Assembly (NCBI GenBank): GCA_034660555.1
Contig: JAYEJL010000187.1
Coordinates: 1 to 31,184, forward strand
From: Thermotogota bacterium
GTDB taxonomy: Bacteria; Thermotogota; Thermotogae; Petrotogales; Kosmotogaceae
Length of the DNA stretch: 31,184 nt
Direction: 5' to 3'
Below the pieces are notes generated by a model. That model was not told the origin of the DNA. It saw nothing but the letters and a program-made list of their open reading frames with translations, and ran no database searches. Positions 1-8,124 of this stretch are shown in pieces; within the stretch, counting starts at the first letter, position 1, and the number at the start of each line of letters is the position of its first letter. The position numbers and the translations under genes are program-made.

Positions 1-1503
1 CCAAATGCTCCCCTTTCTAAGGGATTCATTGAGAGTAGCAATGAAAATTCAAAAAGGTTTATTTCTGATCCATATCTGACGCTTGCTCCCGAATTAACAC
101 TTCATAATTTTGAAGCCTTTACAAAAAAGGAAGGGTGGTTTCATCCCTGTGTACCATTATTTTTAAGGTACCGGTATGATTCATTGTTGAGCTGGTTTGT
201 TTTTGGCGTTGATACCGAAGTTGGAAACAATTTCAAAGCAATAATAAATATCGACTTTAAAAAAGATTACAGGAATTATATCTCAAACGGTAAGGATCAC
301 GATACTCCGCCATTATCAAATGTTCCGCATGAATTGTTTACGGGAAATATATTAGCTTTTGACTTTAGTTTTCCCAGTTTTGGTTATTTGAGCTACTCAA
401 CCAGCAATCTTTTTTTGAATGTTGGCAGGAATAAACTTAGCTGGGGTCCCATGAGAAACGGTCTTACAATCAGCAATGCTTCAGATTATTATGACAACTT
501 TACAGGGTCATATACAGGTTCCATGGGTCAGGGCGATTTTACATACACCTTCAATATAATTTCTAGTTCATCATTAATAAGTGATAAAGAATGGGAAAAA
601 CAGGACAAAGCATGGGATTTGAATCAACAGGATCGTATATATAACGCTCCCTCAAAACATGTAATAGGACATAGATTTGATTTTCAACCACTTGATTGGT
701 TCCGCATGGGAATTGGAGAAGTAAATGCTGTGGGAGGAAAAAGTCCCGATTTAACGGATTTCAGCCCTGTGATAATTTATCATAATACTTACGGTGAAGG
801 TTATTCTAATGTTATGCTTTCTGTTGATTTTTCTGTTGTTCCTTTTAACGGCTTTAATATTTATGGCGAATTTACACTGGACGATTACGCAGGCCCCACA
901 GAGCCAAGCAAGAAAGGAAAACCTAAAGCTTATGCTTATGGTGGAGGTATAGAGTACGCATTTAACTTCCTTGATGATGGAATCGGTTCTGCTGCGATTG
1001 AACTGTATCATACAGATACATGGATATATAACAGGTGGCAACCATTATTGAAAATGACAAACCGTACCATAACGAAATCTGAATTACCTGGAGCCAGAGA
1101 CACCAATGAATATCCTCTTGGTTTTAAATATGGACCTGATGTGAATGCATTTGCTTTATTCTTTGATGCCAATGTACGATATTTTTCATTAAAAGCGATA
1201 TATGAGCATTTTACCCAGGGAGAGGTCAACATAAGAACTCCGTACCTCTATATGGATGATTTTAGTGATAACGTTGATGATGAAGAATTGTACCCCGAAG
1301 ATGAGTACCCTGGTTTATTTGATTTTACAGGGCCCGTGGGTGAAACAACAGCAGCCAATATTGTAACTCTTACAGGTTCTTATTCCTGGAATTCTTTATC
1401 TGTTGGAATTGATACGAATTTTTACTTTGGTGATTATTTTACAAAATTCTTTGATAAAAGTTTCTTTTTCGAAATTAGACCATTTGTAGAGTACACATTT
1501 TAA
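1..1503 (+). CDS. Outer-membrane beta-barrel protein, capsule assembly Wzi-like (5'-truncated)
   Basis: Frame is open from base 1 (PNAPLSKGF...), so the true start is outside the window. Wzi-like motifs are present: 'NVGRNKLSWGP...GLTISNAS', 'KHVIGHRFDF', 'IYGEFTLDD', 'PLGFKYGPD'. Ends in an amphipathic strand with terminal Phe (PFVEYTF), typical of beta-barrels. Confidence 0.7.
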   Translation, partial: PNAPLSKGFIESSNENSKRFISDPYLTLAPELTLHNFEAFTKKEGWFHPCVPLFLRYRYDSLLSWFVFGVDTEVGNNFKAIINIDFKKDYRNYISNGKDHDTPPLSNVPHELFTGNILAFDFSFPSFGYLSYSTSNLFLNVGRNKLSWGPMRNGLTISNASDYYDNFTGSYTGSMGQGDFTYTFNIISSSSLISDKEWEKQDKAWDLNQQDRIYNAPSKHVIGHRFDFQPLDWFRMGIGEVNAVGGKSPDLTDFSPVIIYHNTYGEGYSNVMLSVDFSVVPFNGFNIYGEFTLDDYAGPTEPSKKGKPKAYAYGGGIEYAFNFLDDGIGSAAIELYHTDTWIYNRWQPLLKMTNRTITKSELPGARDTNEYPLGFKYGPDVNAFALFFDANVRYFSLKAIYEHFTQGEVNIRTPYLYMDDFSDNVDDEELYPEDEYPGLFDFTGPVGETTAANIVTLTGSYSWNSLSVGIDTNFYFGDYFTKFFDKSFFFEIRPFVEYTF

Positions 1504-1646
1504 AACACAAGAAAGAAAAAGATTGCAGTTACAACGACCCCAAGAATAAAACCGTATAAAAATTGTTTCGCAGGAGCCTTCTTTTCCGGAGAAGGCTTCT
1601 GCTCTTTATGTTGTTCTCTATACCAGTCTCTGTCATAAATGCTCAC
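1500..1646 (-). CDS. Small 48-aa single-TM membrane protein (not in ORF track)
   Basis: SD GAGGTGA precedes GTG at 1646. Translation: MSIYDRDWYREQHKEQKPSPEKKAPAKQFLYGFILGVVVTAIFFFLVF*. The start overlaps the 3' end of the AI-2E gene and the TAA stop overlaps the stop of the convergent Wzi-like gene. Confidence 0.75.
   Translation of the reverse strand: MSIYDRDWYREQHKEQKPSPEKKAPAKQFLYGFILGVVVTAIFFFLVF
1570..1608 (+). terminator. Probable intrinsic terminator of the Wzi-like gene
   Basis: GCAGGAGCCTTCT-tttccgg-AGAAGGCTTCTGC forms a 13-bp stem with one G.U pair, followed by TCTTTA. Confidence 0.55.
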
Positions 1647-2646
1647 TCAAGTCACCTCTTTTAGTCTTGGTAACAAAACATAACCAGAATCGTCTTACAA
1701 AAATTATAAAGGGTAAAGCCAGAACGATTCCGAAAACTCCAAACAATTCAGAGAAAGCCAGAAGCGTTATTAGTATTATAAACCAGTTGATCTTTAGTCT
1801 TTCAGCCATGATTTTTGGAGAAAGAAACCACATTTCCATCTGATTGGCGATTATCAGGATAATTGCAGCAATAATTATTCCGGGAATCCCTTTGCTGGTA
1901 AAGCCAAGTATAAGTGTTGGTATTGCAGAAATGACAACTCCGAGAAAGGGAATAAGATTGGTTACCCCTGCTAAGAGTCCCAGAAAAACTGCTCCGGGAA
2001 TCCCTGTAAAAAATACACCAAATCCTATTATACTTCCAACAATTATCGCAATAATTAATTGACCGCCTACATATCTTTGTAAATCTCCAAGTAGAAGTGA
2101 GTAAAAATTCCTAACTTTTGTTATATCACAACCAGGAAAAAGTACAGTTATTTTTCTTCTCAACCTGTATCCATTGGCCACCAGAAAGGCTGCAGCAACT
2201 ACAAGTAAAACGCTGTAAGTTATCCAGGTAGGTAAATTTCTGCTTATATACATACCTGTATCGAATAGAAAATTTCCAAATAATTTGCCAAGATTATCTA
2301 CAGAGGTTCTTACTGCTTCCTTGATCCAGTCAGGTAAATTGGGAAAGTTTTTTAGAATATCATCTGCTGAAAATTCTTTAAATTGCTCCTGGAAAGCTTG
2401 TACACCGTTCAAGAAAATTGGTACAGCTGAAATAATAAGATATGAAAAACTTACAAATATAATGACCAGCGTTATTACACTTATCAATCCATGCAATTTC
2501 TTGTTCTTAACAAAATGCGTTGGTGCGAGTGAGAGAAGCATGATAATAAAACTCATCGTAAGTATACGAGAAGTCAACGGAAAGATAAAAAATGTTGCTA
2601 TATAAACAATGAAATAACCCAAAATCCACTTTGATGTTTTACTCAT
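1633..2646 (-). CDS. AI-2E (PerM/UPF0118) family transporter
   Basis: Polytopic hydrophobic protein with 'YVGGQLIIA', 'LLAGVTNLIPFLG', 'NQMEMWFLSPKIM' and 'FGVFGIVLALP'. ATG at 2646 follows SD AGGTGG. Confidence 0.9.
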   Translation of the reverse strand: MSKTSKWILGYFIVYIATFFIFPLTSRILTMSFIIMLLSLAPTHFVKNKKLHGLISVITLVIIFVSFSYLIISAVPIFLNGVQAFQEQFKEFSADDILKNFPNLPDWIKEAVRTSVDNLGKLFGNFLFDTGMYISRNLPTWITYSVLLVVAAAFLVANGYRLRRKITVLFPGCDITKVRNFYSLLLGDLQRYVGGQLIIAIIVGSIIGFGVFFTGIPGAVFLGLLAGVTNLIPFLGVVISAIPTLILGFTSKGIPGIIIAAIILIIANQMEMWFLSPKIMAERLKINWFIILITLLAFSELFGVFGIVLALPFIIFVRRFWLCFVTKTKRGDLSEHL

Positions 2647-2762
2647 AGTAGCAGCCACCTTAATATATTATCAACGTAAATGTTCATCATATAAAATATT
2701 ACCAGATTTTATAAAGTCAGGACAGTTGACGCATTCAATATATCTATAATACAGTATATAGC

Positions 2763-2793
2763 AAAAAAATACATGAGTTATATAACTCATGCA
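2763..2793 (-). terminator. Hairpin/terminator downstream of the TetR gene (perfect 20-bp palindrome)
   Basis: CATGAGTTATATAACTCATG (2772-2791) is self-complementary and is followed on the minus strand by TATTTTTTT. Confidence 0.6.
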
Positions 2794-2850
2794 CTGTTAT
2801 TTAAAAATTTTATTTTGTTTTCCATAGAATCAGATTGTTAGTGTTTGGTT

Positions 2851-3402
2851 TTATGCCAATCGAGATGCCAGTTCATTTACTTCCTTTTCGGGTAATTTTT
2901 CTCCGACAACAGTCAGGTCCAATATATAACCAAATAACTGATGATTGAACCTTCTTGATATTTTTTTTGCACGTTTAAGTGACATGTGATTTGTAAGTTT
3001 GGTTATGAGTTTTTCTGTTAATTCTTCTCTAGAATTCACAATGATTTCTTTTATGCGTCTGCTTTTTCTTCCATGCAACCATAGATATACAAAAGAGATC
3101 AAAACCTCAGGATTTTCATCATATAATGACTCGATCGATCTATATATATCTGAGAAAAGCTCCTTTGGTTTTTTGCTATCCACCATACAGGATTCAAGTT
3201 TAGGAGTGATGTAATACATCATAAGATATCTTGCCAGATCGATCAGCATTCCTTCCTTTGATCTATGATGATAGTGAATTGCAGCAAGATTAACATTTGC
3301 CTCTGATGAAACTTTTCTCGTACTGAGTCCCTCTATTGTTTCATCTGATATAACCTTGATTGCAGCTTCAAGTATTCTTTCACGAGTTTCCTTTCCGCGC
3401 AT
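2851..3402 (-). CDS. TetR/AcrR family transcriptional regulator
   Basis: N-terminal HTH 'TRERILEAA...GLSTRKVSSEANVNLAAIHYHHRSKEGM'. ATG at 3402 follows SD AGGGAG, so the ORF-track upstream extension is unlikely. Confidence 0.92.
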   Translation of the reverse strand: MRGKETRERILEAAIKVISDETIEGLSTRKVSSEANVNLAAIHYHHRSKEGMLIDLARYLMMYYITPKLESCMVDSKKPKELFSDIYRSIESLYDENPEVLISFVYLWLHGRKSRRIKEIIVNSREELTEKLITKLTNHMSLKRAKKISRRFNHQLFGYILDLTVVGEKLPEKEVNELASRLA

Positions 3403-3435
3403 GGTATCACTCCCTTTAATCATTCGTTCATTTTG

Positions 3436-3444
3436 ATTATAACA
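3436..3444 (-). promoter_or_regulatory. Putative extended -10 promoter of the TetR gene
   Basis: TGTTATAAT on the minus strand, about 35 nt upstream of the ATG and just downstream of the arcC terminator. Confidence 0.5.
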
Positions 3445-3455
3445 TGAAAAAATTG

Positions 3456-3486
3456 AAACAAAAAACCCGGACATATAGTCCGGGTT
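3456..3486 (-). terminator. Intrinsic terminator of argF-arcC
   Basis: AACCCGGAC-atata-GTCCGGGTT stem, with a T-rich tail on the minus strand. Confidence 0.85.
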
Positions 3487-3494
3487 GTAATTGT

Positions 3495-4433
3495 CTAGGG
3501 TAATACTATTGTTCCAGTTTTTTCATGAACAGCAGCATCTACTTTTTGCAAAGAGGTTATGACGGCTTTCTTTTTTGTCTTTTTAACAAATTCAACCACC
3601 GATTCGATCTTGGGATACATACTGCCTTTAGCAAAATGACCATCGCTCATCAACTGTTCAGCTTCTTCTATACTTATTTTCTTTAGTGGTTTTTGATCGG
3701 GTTTGCCAAAGTTGATGTATGCGTAATCAACAGCGGTTAAAATCATAAACATTTCAGCATCAATTAGCCTGGCAAGAAGTGATGAGGCTCGATCTTTATC
3801 AATTACTGCTTCTATTCCTTTGAGATGACCGTTTGAATCTCTAACTACGGGTATGCCACCTCCACCTGCTGCCACCAGAATGGTATCTGCTTCAATTAAT
3901 TTTTTTATGGAATCAATTTCTACGATATCAAAAGGTTTTGGAGATGGAACTACTCTTCGAAACCCTCTACCGGCATCCTCTTTCATCGACCAGTTTTTTT
4001 CAGTTTTGAGTTCTTTTGCAGTATCTTCATCGTAAAAAGGGCCTACAGGTTTTGTTGGATTTTGGAAACCAGGGTCATTTTTATCTACAACGACCTGAGT
4101 TAGCAACGTTGCGATATCTGCATTAATTCCTCTTGAATTTAGTTCATTTGAGAGAGTTTGTGAGATCAGATAACCAATTGACCCCTGGGTCATTGCGCCG
4201 TTTACATCAAGAGGATAAGGAGGTAAAACGTCCTTTGCATGATCCTGTTGTACCATTAAGTTGCCCACTTGAGGTCCATTGCCATGTGTTATTACTAGAT
4301 CATAACCTTCATCAATCAGATCAGCGAGATGTTTTACTGTACCCTTCAGGTTCTTTTTCATAACTTCAGCACTTGGATTTTCACCAGGCGCATTCAACGC
4401 GTTTCCACCAATTGCAATGACGATAGTTTTCAC
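3495..4433 (-). CDS. arcC: Carbamate kinase
   Basis: Motifs 'IAIGGNAL', 'ITHGNGPQVG', 'PTKPVGPFY', 'RRVVPSP', 'GGGGIPV', 'EAVIDKD', 'GSMYPKI'. GTG start with SD GAGGTG. Confidence 0.97.
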   Translation of the reverse strand: MKTIVIAIGGNALNAPGENPSAEVMKKNLKGTVKHLADLIDEGYDLVITHGNGPQVGNLMVQQDHAKDVLPPYPLDVNGAMTQGSIGYLISQTLSNELNSRGINADIATLLTQVVVDKNDPGFQNPTKPVGPFYDEDTAKELKTEKNWSMKEDAGRGFRRVVPSPKPFDIVEIDSIKKLIEADTILVAAGGGGIPVVRDSNGHLKGIEAVIDKDRASSLLARLIDAEMFMILTAVDYAYINFGKPDQKPLKKISIEEAEQLMSDGHFAKGSMYPKIESVVEFVKKTKKKAVITSLQKVDAAVHEKTGTIVLP

Positions 4434-4445
4434 AGATTAATCACC

Positions 4446-5393
4446 TCAAACCAGTGTAGCAATCATGACTGCTTTTATGGTATGTTTACGATTTTCAGCT
4501 TCTTCAAAAACTCTGGATTTTGGTCCTTCAATGACTTCACGGGTTACTTCGTTGCCTTTAACAGCCGGGAGACAGTGCAGGAAAATGGTATCTTTTCTTC
4601 CTGTACTGTTCATTACTTCTTCATTTACCTGATATGGTTTTAGAAGTTCGATTCTCTCTTTCAGTTTTTCTTCTTCTCCCATAGATGCCCAAACATCAGT
4701 GTAAATGGCATCTGCACCATCAACAGCTTCTTTCACATTATCTGTTCGTTCAAGTACCGTTCCACTTTTTTCCTTTTTTGCTATGTCTTCGCATTTTTCG
4801 AATAATTCTTTTGAAGGCCACAAATCCTTTGGGCCACAAGATACGAAATGTAAACCCAGTTTAGCAGCTCCAATAAAGAGAGAATTGGCAACGTTATTTC
4901 TTGCATCACCCAGGAAAACGAGTTTTCTACCTTTTAGTGTTCCAAAATACTCTTCTATGGTCATAAAATCAGCAAGTATTTGGGTTGGATGATATAGATC
5001 TGTCAAACCATTGTACACAGGGATGCCTGACCAATTTGCAAGTCCTTCGACTGTTTCCTGTTTAAATCCTCTGAAAGCTATTGCATCAAACATTCTACCG
5101 AGTACTCTGGCGGTATCTTCAAGATCTTCTTTTACCCCAAGATGGATATCATCTCTTGAGAGAAATACGGCATGACCACCTTCTTCTCCAAAAGCTGTTT
5201 CGAAAGCGGTTCTGGTTCTTGTTGATCTTTTTTCAAATAATATTGCTAGTGATTTTCCCGCAAAACGCATTGGTAAATTTCCAGCTCTTTTTTCTGCTTT
5301 GACCTGTTTTGAAATTTCCAAAAGATAGTTCAGCTCGTCAGGACTAAAATCAAGAAGAGTTAAAAAACTCTTACTATGTAGGTTGACACCCAT
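4446..5393 (-). CDS. argF: Ornithine carbamoyltransferase
   Basis: Motifs STRT, HPTQ, DVWASMG and HCLP. ATG at 5393 (MGVNLHSK) follows SD AGGAGG. Confidence 0.96.
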   Translation of the reverse strand: MGVNLHSKSFLTLLDFSPDELNYLLEISKQVKAEKRAGNLPMRFAGKSLAILFEKRSTRTRTAFETAFGEEGGHAVFLSRDDIHLGVKEDLEDTARVLGRMFDAIAFRGFKQETVEGLANWSGIPVYNGLTDLYHPTQILADFMTIEEYFGTLKGRKLVFLGDARNNVANSLFIGAAKLGLHFVSCGPKDLWPSKELFEKCEDIAKKEKSGTVLERTDNVKEAVDGADAIYTDVWASMGEEEKLKERIELLKPYQVNEEVMNSTGRKDTIFLHCLPAVKGNEVTREVIEGPKSRVFEEAENRKHTIKAVMIATLV

Positions 5394-5543
5394 GTTATCG
5401 CCTCCTTTTAACTGGTATACTTTTATTATGATACCGACAGTCATCAATTCTTTCAACAAGGTCTATAATTGTCTAGAGTTAATGATAGCTTTTTTATGAA
5501 CTTATAAACCAGTTTGCTTTCTTATAATGGTTGGAGGTGTACT

Positions 5544-7175
5544 ATGCTAAGAAAAAAGTTATATTCTGCAATAGAAAGTGTACTAAATAGCTTCAGTATA
5601 GAAAATATACCTGATTTTACAGTGGAAATTCCACCTGAGGGTATGGGTGACTTTTCAACTAATGTGGCTTTTTTGCTGACAAAGGAACGAAAGAAAAATC
5701 CAAGAAAAATTGCTGAAGAAATCGTCAGCGAAATTTCTTCTTTTTCATTTATCAAGGAATGTAACATAGCAGGACCAGGATTTATCAATTTCACATTGAA
5801 TAATGAAGTATACAGAGAAACACTGATTAACTTACTTGAGAGACCAGAATTTTGGAAAGAAAAGGGAAAAATAAAAATTCTTTTCGAATTTGGAAGCGCT
5901 AATCCCACAGGGCCAATCACTATTGGACATGGTCGTCAACTTGTTTTTGGTGATGTATTATCTACTGTCTTTGAAAGTCAGGGTTACTATGTTAGTAAAG
6001 AAATGTACATGAATGATGCAGGAAGACAAATAAAACTGTTAGGAAAATCTCTATGGGCGCGCTATATGCAGCTAATTGGTGAAGATGAAAAAATACCTGA
6101 AGATGGTTATAAAGGAGAATATCTGATTGAAATAGCAAAGATTTTCAGGGAGAAATATGGAGAAATATATAAAAAACCATGGACTGAAGAAAGCGGGGAA
6201 AAATTTTCAGAGTTTGCTTTAAAAAGTATACAGGGAGAAATACAGGAGACTTTGTCTCAATTAAGGGTACAATTTGATTCAGCGTTCAGTGAAAAGAGTC
6301 TTATAGAAAACAACGAAGTAATAAAAATATTGAACACACTCAAAGAAAAAGGACTAACTTACGAAAAAGATGCCGCTTTATGGCTTAAGGTATCTTCTTT
6401 CGAAGATGAAAAAGATAAAGTGTTAGTCCGGTCCGATGGAACGTACACATATTTTCTTACCGACATTGCCTACCATTTTAATAAATACAAAAGAGGTTAT
6501 GAAATAGCTTGCGACATTTGGGGACCTGATCACAGTGGACACATAAAAAGAATGTACGCTGCCATGAAAGCGCTTGGATTACCCGAGGGTTTTTTAAGAA
6601 TTGTGATACACCAATATGTCAATATAAAACAGGAAGATAAGATTGTAAAGATGTCTACAAGGAAAGGTGAATTTGTTACTTTAAAAAAGTTATTAGATAC
6701 GGTCGGAACTGATGCAGCACGTTACTTTTTCGCCATGTTTGATCCGGATACACATATGGATTTTGATATTGAACTTGCCAAAAAGAAGTCAAGTGAAAAT
6801 CCTGTTTATTATATTCAATATGCTCACGCAAGAATAAGCAGCATTTTCGAAAAAGCTGCAAGAGAGAACATTTCGGTTGAATCCTGTATCACCGATAATT
6901 ACGAGTTTAATGAAGAGGAAAAGAAAATCATAAAACAGATTTCCGGATTCAAAGATGTTCTGAAAAAAATAACCTCAGATTTCAAGACAAATCGTTTAAC
7001 CTCTTATCTGGAGCAACTTGCTGGAACATATCATGCGTTTTACAACAAACATATTGTAGTTGATCCGACGTCTCCTGATGTATCTTTAATACGACTTGAA
7101 CTATCGAGGTTGGTAAAGAGAACCATAGCGCAGGGTCTTAGTCTGTTAGGGGTCAGTGCCCCTGAAAGCATGTAA
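5544..7175 (+). CDS. argS: Arginine--tRNA ligase
   Basis: Motifs 'AGPGFINF', 'SANPTGPITIGHGR', 'RSDGTYTY', 'WGPDH', 'KMSTRKG', 'NPVYYIQYAHAR' and C-terminal 'GVSAPESM'. ATG at 5544 follows GGAGG. Confidence 0.98.
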   Translation: MLRKKLYSAIESVLNSFSIENIPDFTVEIPPEGMGDFSTNVAFLLTKERKKNPRKIAEEIVSEISSFSFIKECNIAGPGFINFTLNNEVYRETLINLLERPEFWKEKGKIKILFEFGSANPTGPITIGHGRQLVFGDVLSTVFESQGYYVSKEMYMNDAGRQIKLLGKSLWARYMQLIGEDEKIPEDGYKGEYLIEIAKIFREKYGEIYKKPWTEESGEKFSEFALKSIQGEIQETLSQLRVQFDSAFSEKSLIENNEVIKILNTLKEKGLTYEKDAALWLKVSSFEDEKDKVLVRSDGTYTYFLTDIAYHFNKYKRGYEIACDIWGPDHSGHIKRMYAAMKALGLPEGFLRIVIHQYVNIKQEDKIVKMSTRKGEFVTLKKLLDTVGTDAARYFFAMFDPDTHMDFDIELAKKKSSENPVYYIQYAHARISSIFEKAARENISVESCITDNYEFNEEEKKIIKQISGFKDVLKKITSDFKTNRLTSYLEQLAGTYHAFYNKHIVVDPTSPDVSLIRLELSRLVKRTIAQGLSLLGVSAPESM

Positions 7176-7195
7176 GTTTAAATACCATATAAATT

Positions 7196-7993
7196 TCAGT
7201 ATCCAGGTCCAATATCTATATCTCTAATTAGTTTTGAAATTTCATTATAAATGAAAGCATTTGAAAATATCATCTTTTTTGTATCAAACACATCGATTTC
7301 TTTACCATGCCAGTTTGCAATAATACCATCAGCTTCTTTTACTATCACATAAGCGGCTGCAATATCCCATATGTTCATTTCTACCCCAATATAGGCTTCA
7401 GAAAAACCAGCACCAACAAATGCAGCCTGCAATGCAGCAGTTCCAAACATACGTATTCGCTGTACTTTATCATGAAGAGCAGACATCAAATCCATCGCTG
7501 TCCTGTTTGATGTTCCCAGTGTTACAAGACTATCCTTTAACTGACTGGTACGGGAAACACTAACTTTTTTATTGTTAAGGAAAGCTCCGCTGTTTTTTGA
7601 CGCGTGGAGTAACAATCGTGCACTGGGCCAGTAAACTACACCTATTAAAGGTTCTTTGTCCTTGAAAAAGGCAATTGATACGCAAAATAATGGTAATTTG
7701 TGAACGAAATTCAATGTACCATCAATCGGGTCAATTATCCACACATTACCCTTAACAGACTTACTATCCATTCCCTCTTCTTCTGCAACGAAGTAATCAC
7801 CGGGAAAGGTTTCTTTAATACCCTGTATGATGTCTCTCTGAACATTTACATCAAATTGTGTTACAAAATCTGATTCGTTGCTTTTTGTGTCGACTATGCG
7901 TTTTTTATTGTAATTTTTCAGTATGGAGTCCCCCGCACTTGTTGCAATATACTTTGCAGTTTCAAGTCGTTTATTAAGTTTTAAGTAATCCAT
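7196..7993 (-). CDS. suhB: Inositol monophosphatase / FBPase-IMPase family protein
   Basis: Motifs 'AEE', 'WIIDPIDGTLNF', 'RMFGTAAL', 'WDIAAA'. ATG at 7993 is well spaced from GGAGG. Confidence 0.93.
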   Translation of the reverse strand: MDYLKLNKRLETAKYIATSAGDSILKNYNKKRIVDTKSNESDFVTQFDVNVQRDIIQGIKETFPGDYFVAEEEGMDSKSVKGNVWIIDPIDGTLNFVHKLPLFCVSIAFFKDKEPLIGVVYWPSARLLLHASKNSGAFLNNKKVSVSRTSQLKDSLVTLGTSNRTAMDLMSALHDKVQRIRMFGTAALQAAFVGAGFSEAYIGVEMNIWDIAAAYVIVKEADGIIANWHGKEIDVFDTKKMIFSNAFIYNEISKLIRDIDIGPGY

Positions 7994-8050
7994 GACCTGC
8001 ACCTCCGTATTACAAAAATCATATCATTTTTATTTTGCAGTACAGTTTCT

Positions 8051-8080
8051 TTGTGTCTTTATGGCAAACTGTGATAAAAT
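8051..8080 (+). promoter_or_regulatory. Putative sigma70 promoter of the large repeat-protein gene
   Basis: TTGTGT-N18-TAAAAT with an extended-10 TG. SD GGAGG lies at 8112. Confidence 0.5.
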
Positions 8081-8124
8081 CTCATTGTATAAGCTTTTAA
8101 AGAAGCCAACTGGAGGGGACGATT

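Noticed and set aside
2726..2755. Plus-strand TTGACG ... TATAAT promoter-like pair pointing antisense to the TetR gene
   Set aside because: Spacing to TATAAT is 13 nt, too short. The alternative -10 TACAGT at 18 nt is weak, and the region is very AT-rich.
5394..5543. Possible ArgR boxes or T-box leader between argF and argS
   Set aside because: I found no convincing TGAAT-N4-ATTCA palindrome, no T-box sequence and no leader terminator, and the 150-bp gap is short for a T-box.
2851..5543. Long N-terminal extensions given by the ORF track for TetR (3474), argF (5459) and argS (5514)
   Set aside because: Downstream ATGs have well-spaced SD sequences and match where the domains begin. The extensions run through promoter or terminator DNA.
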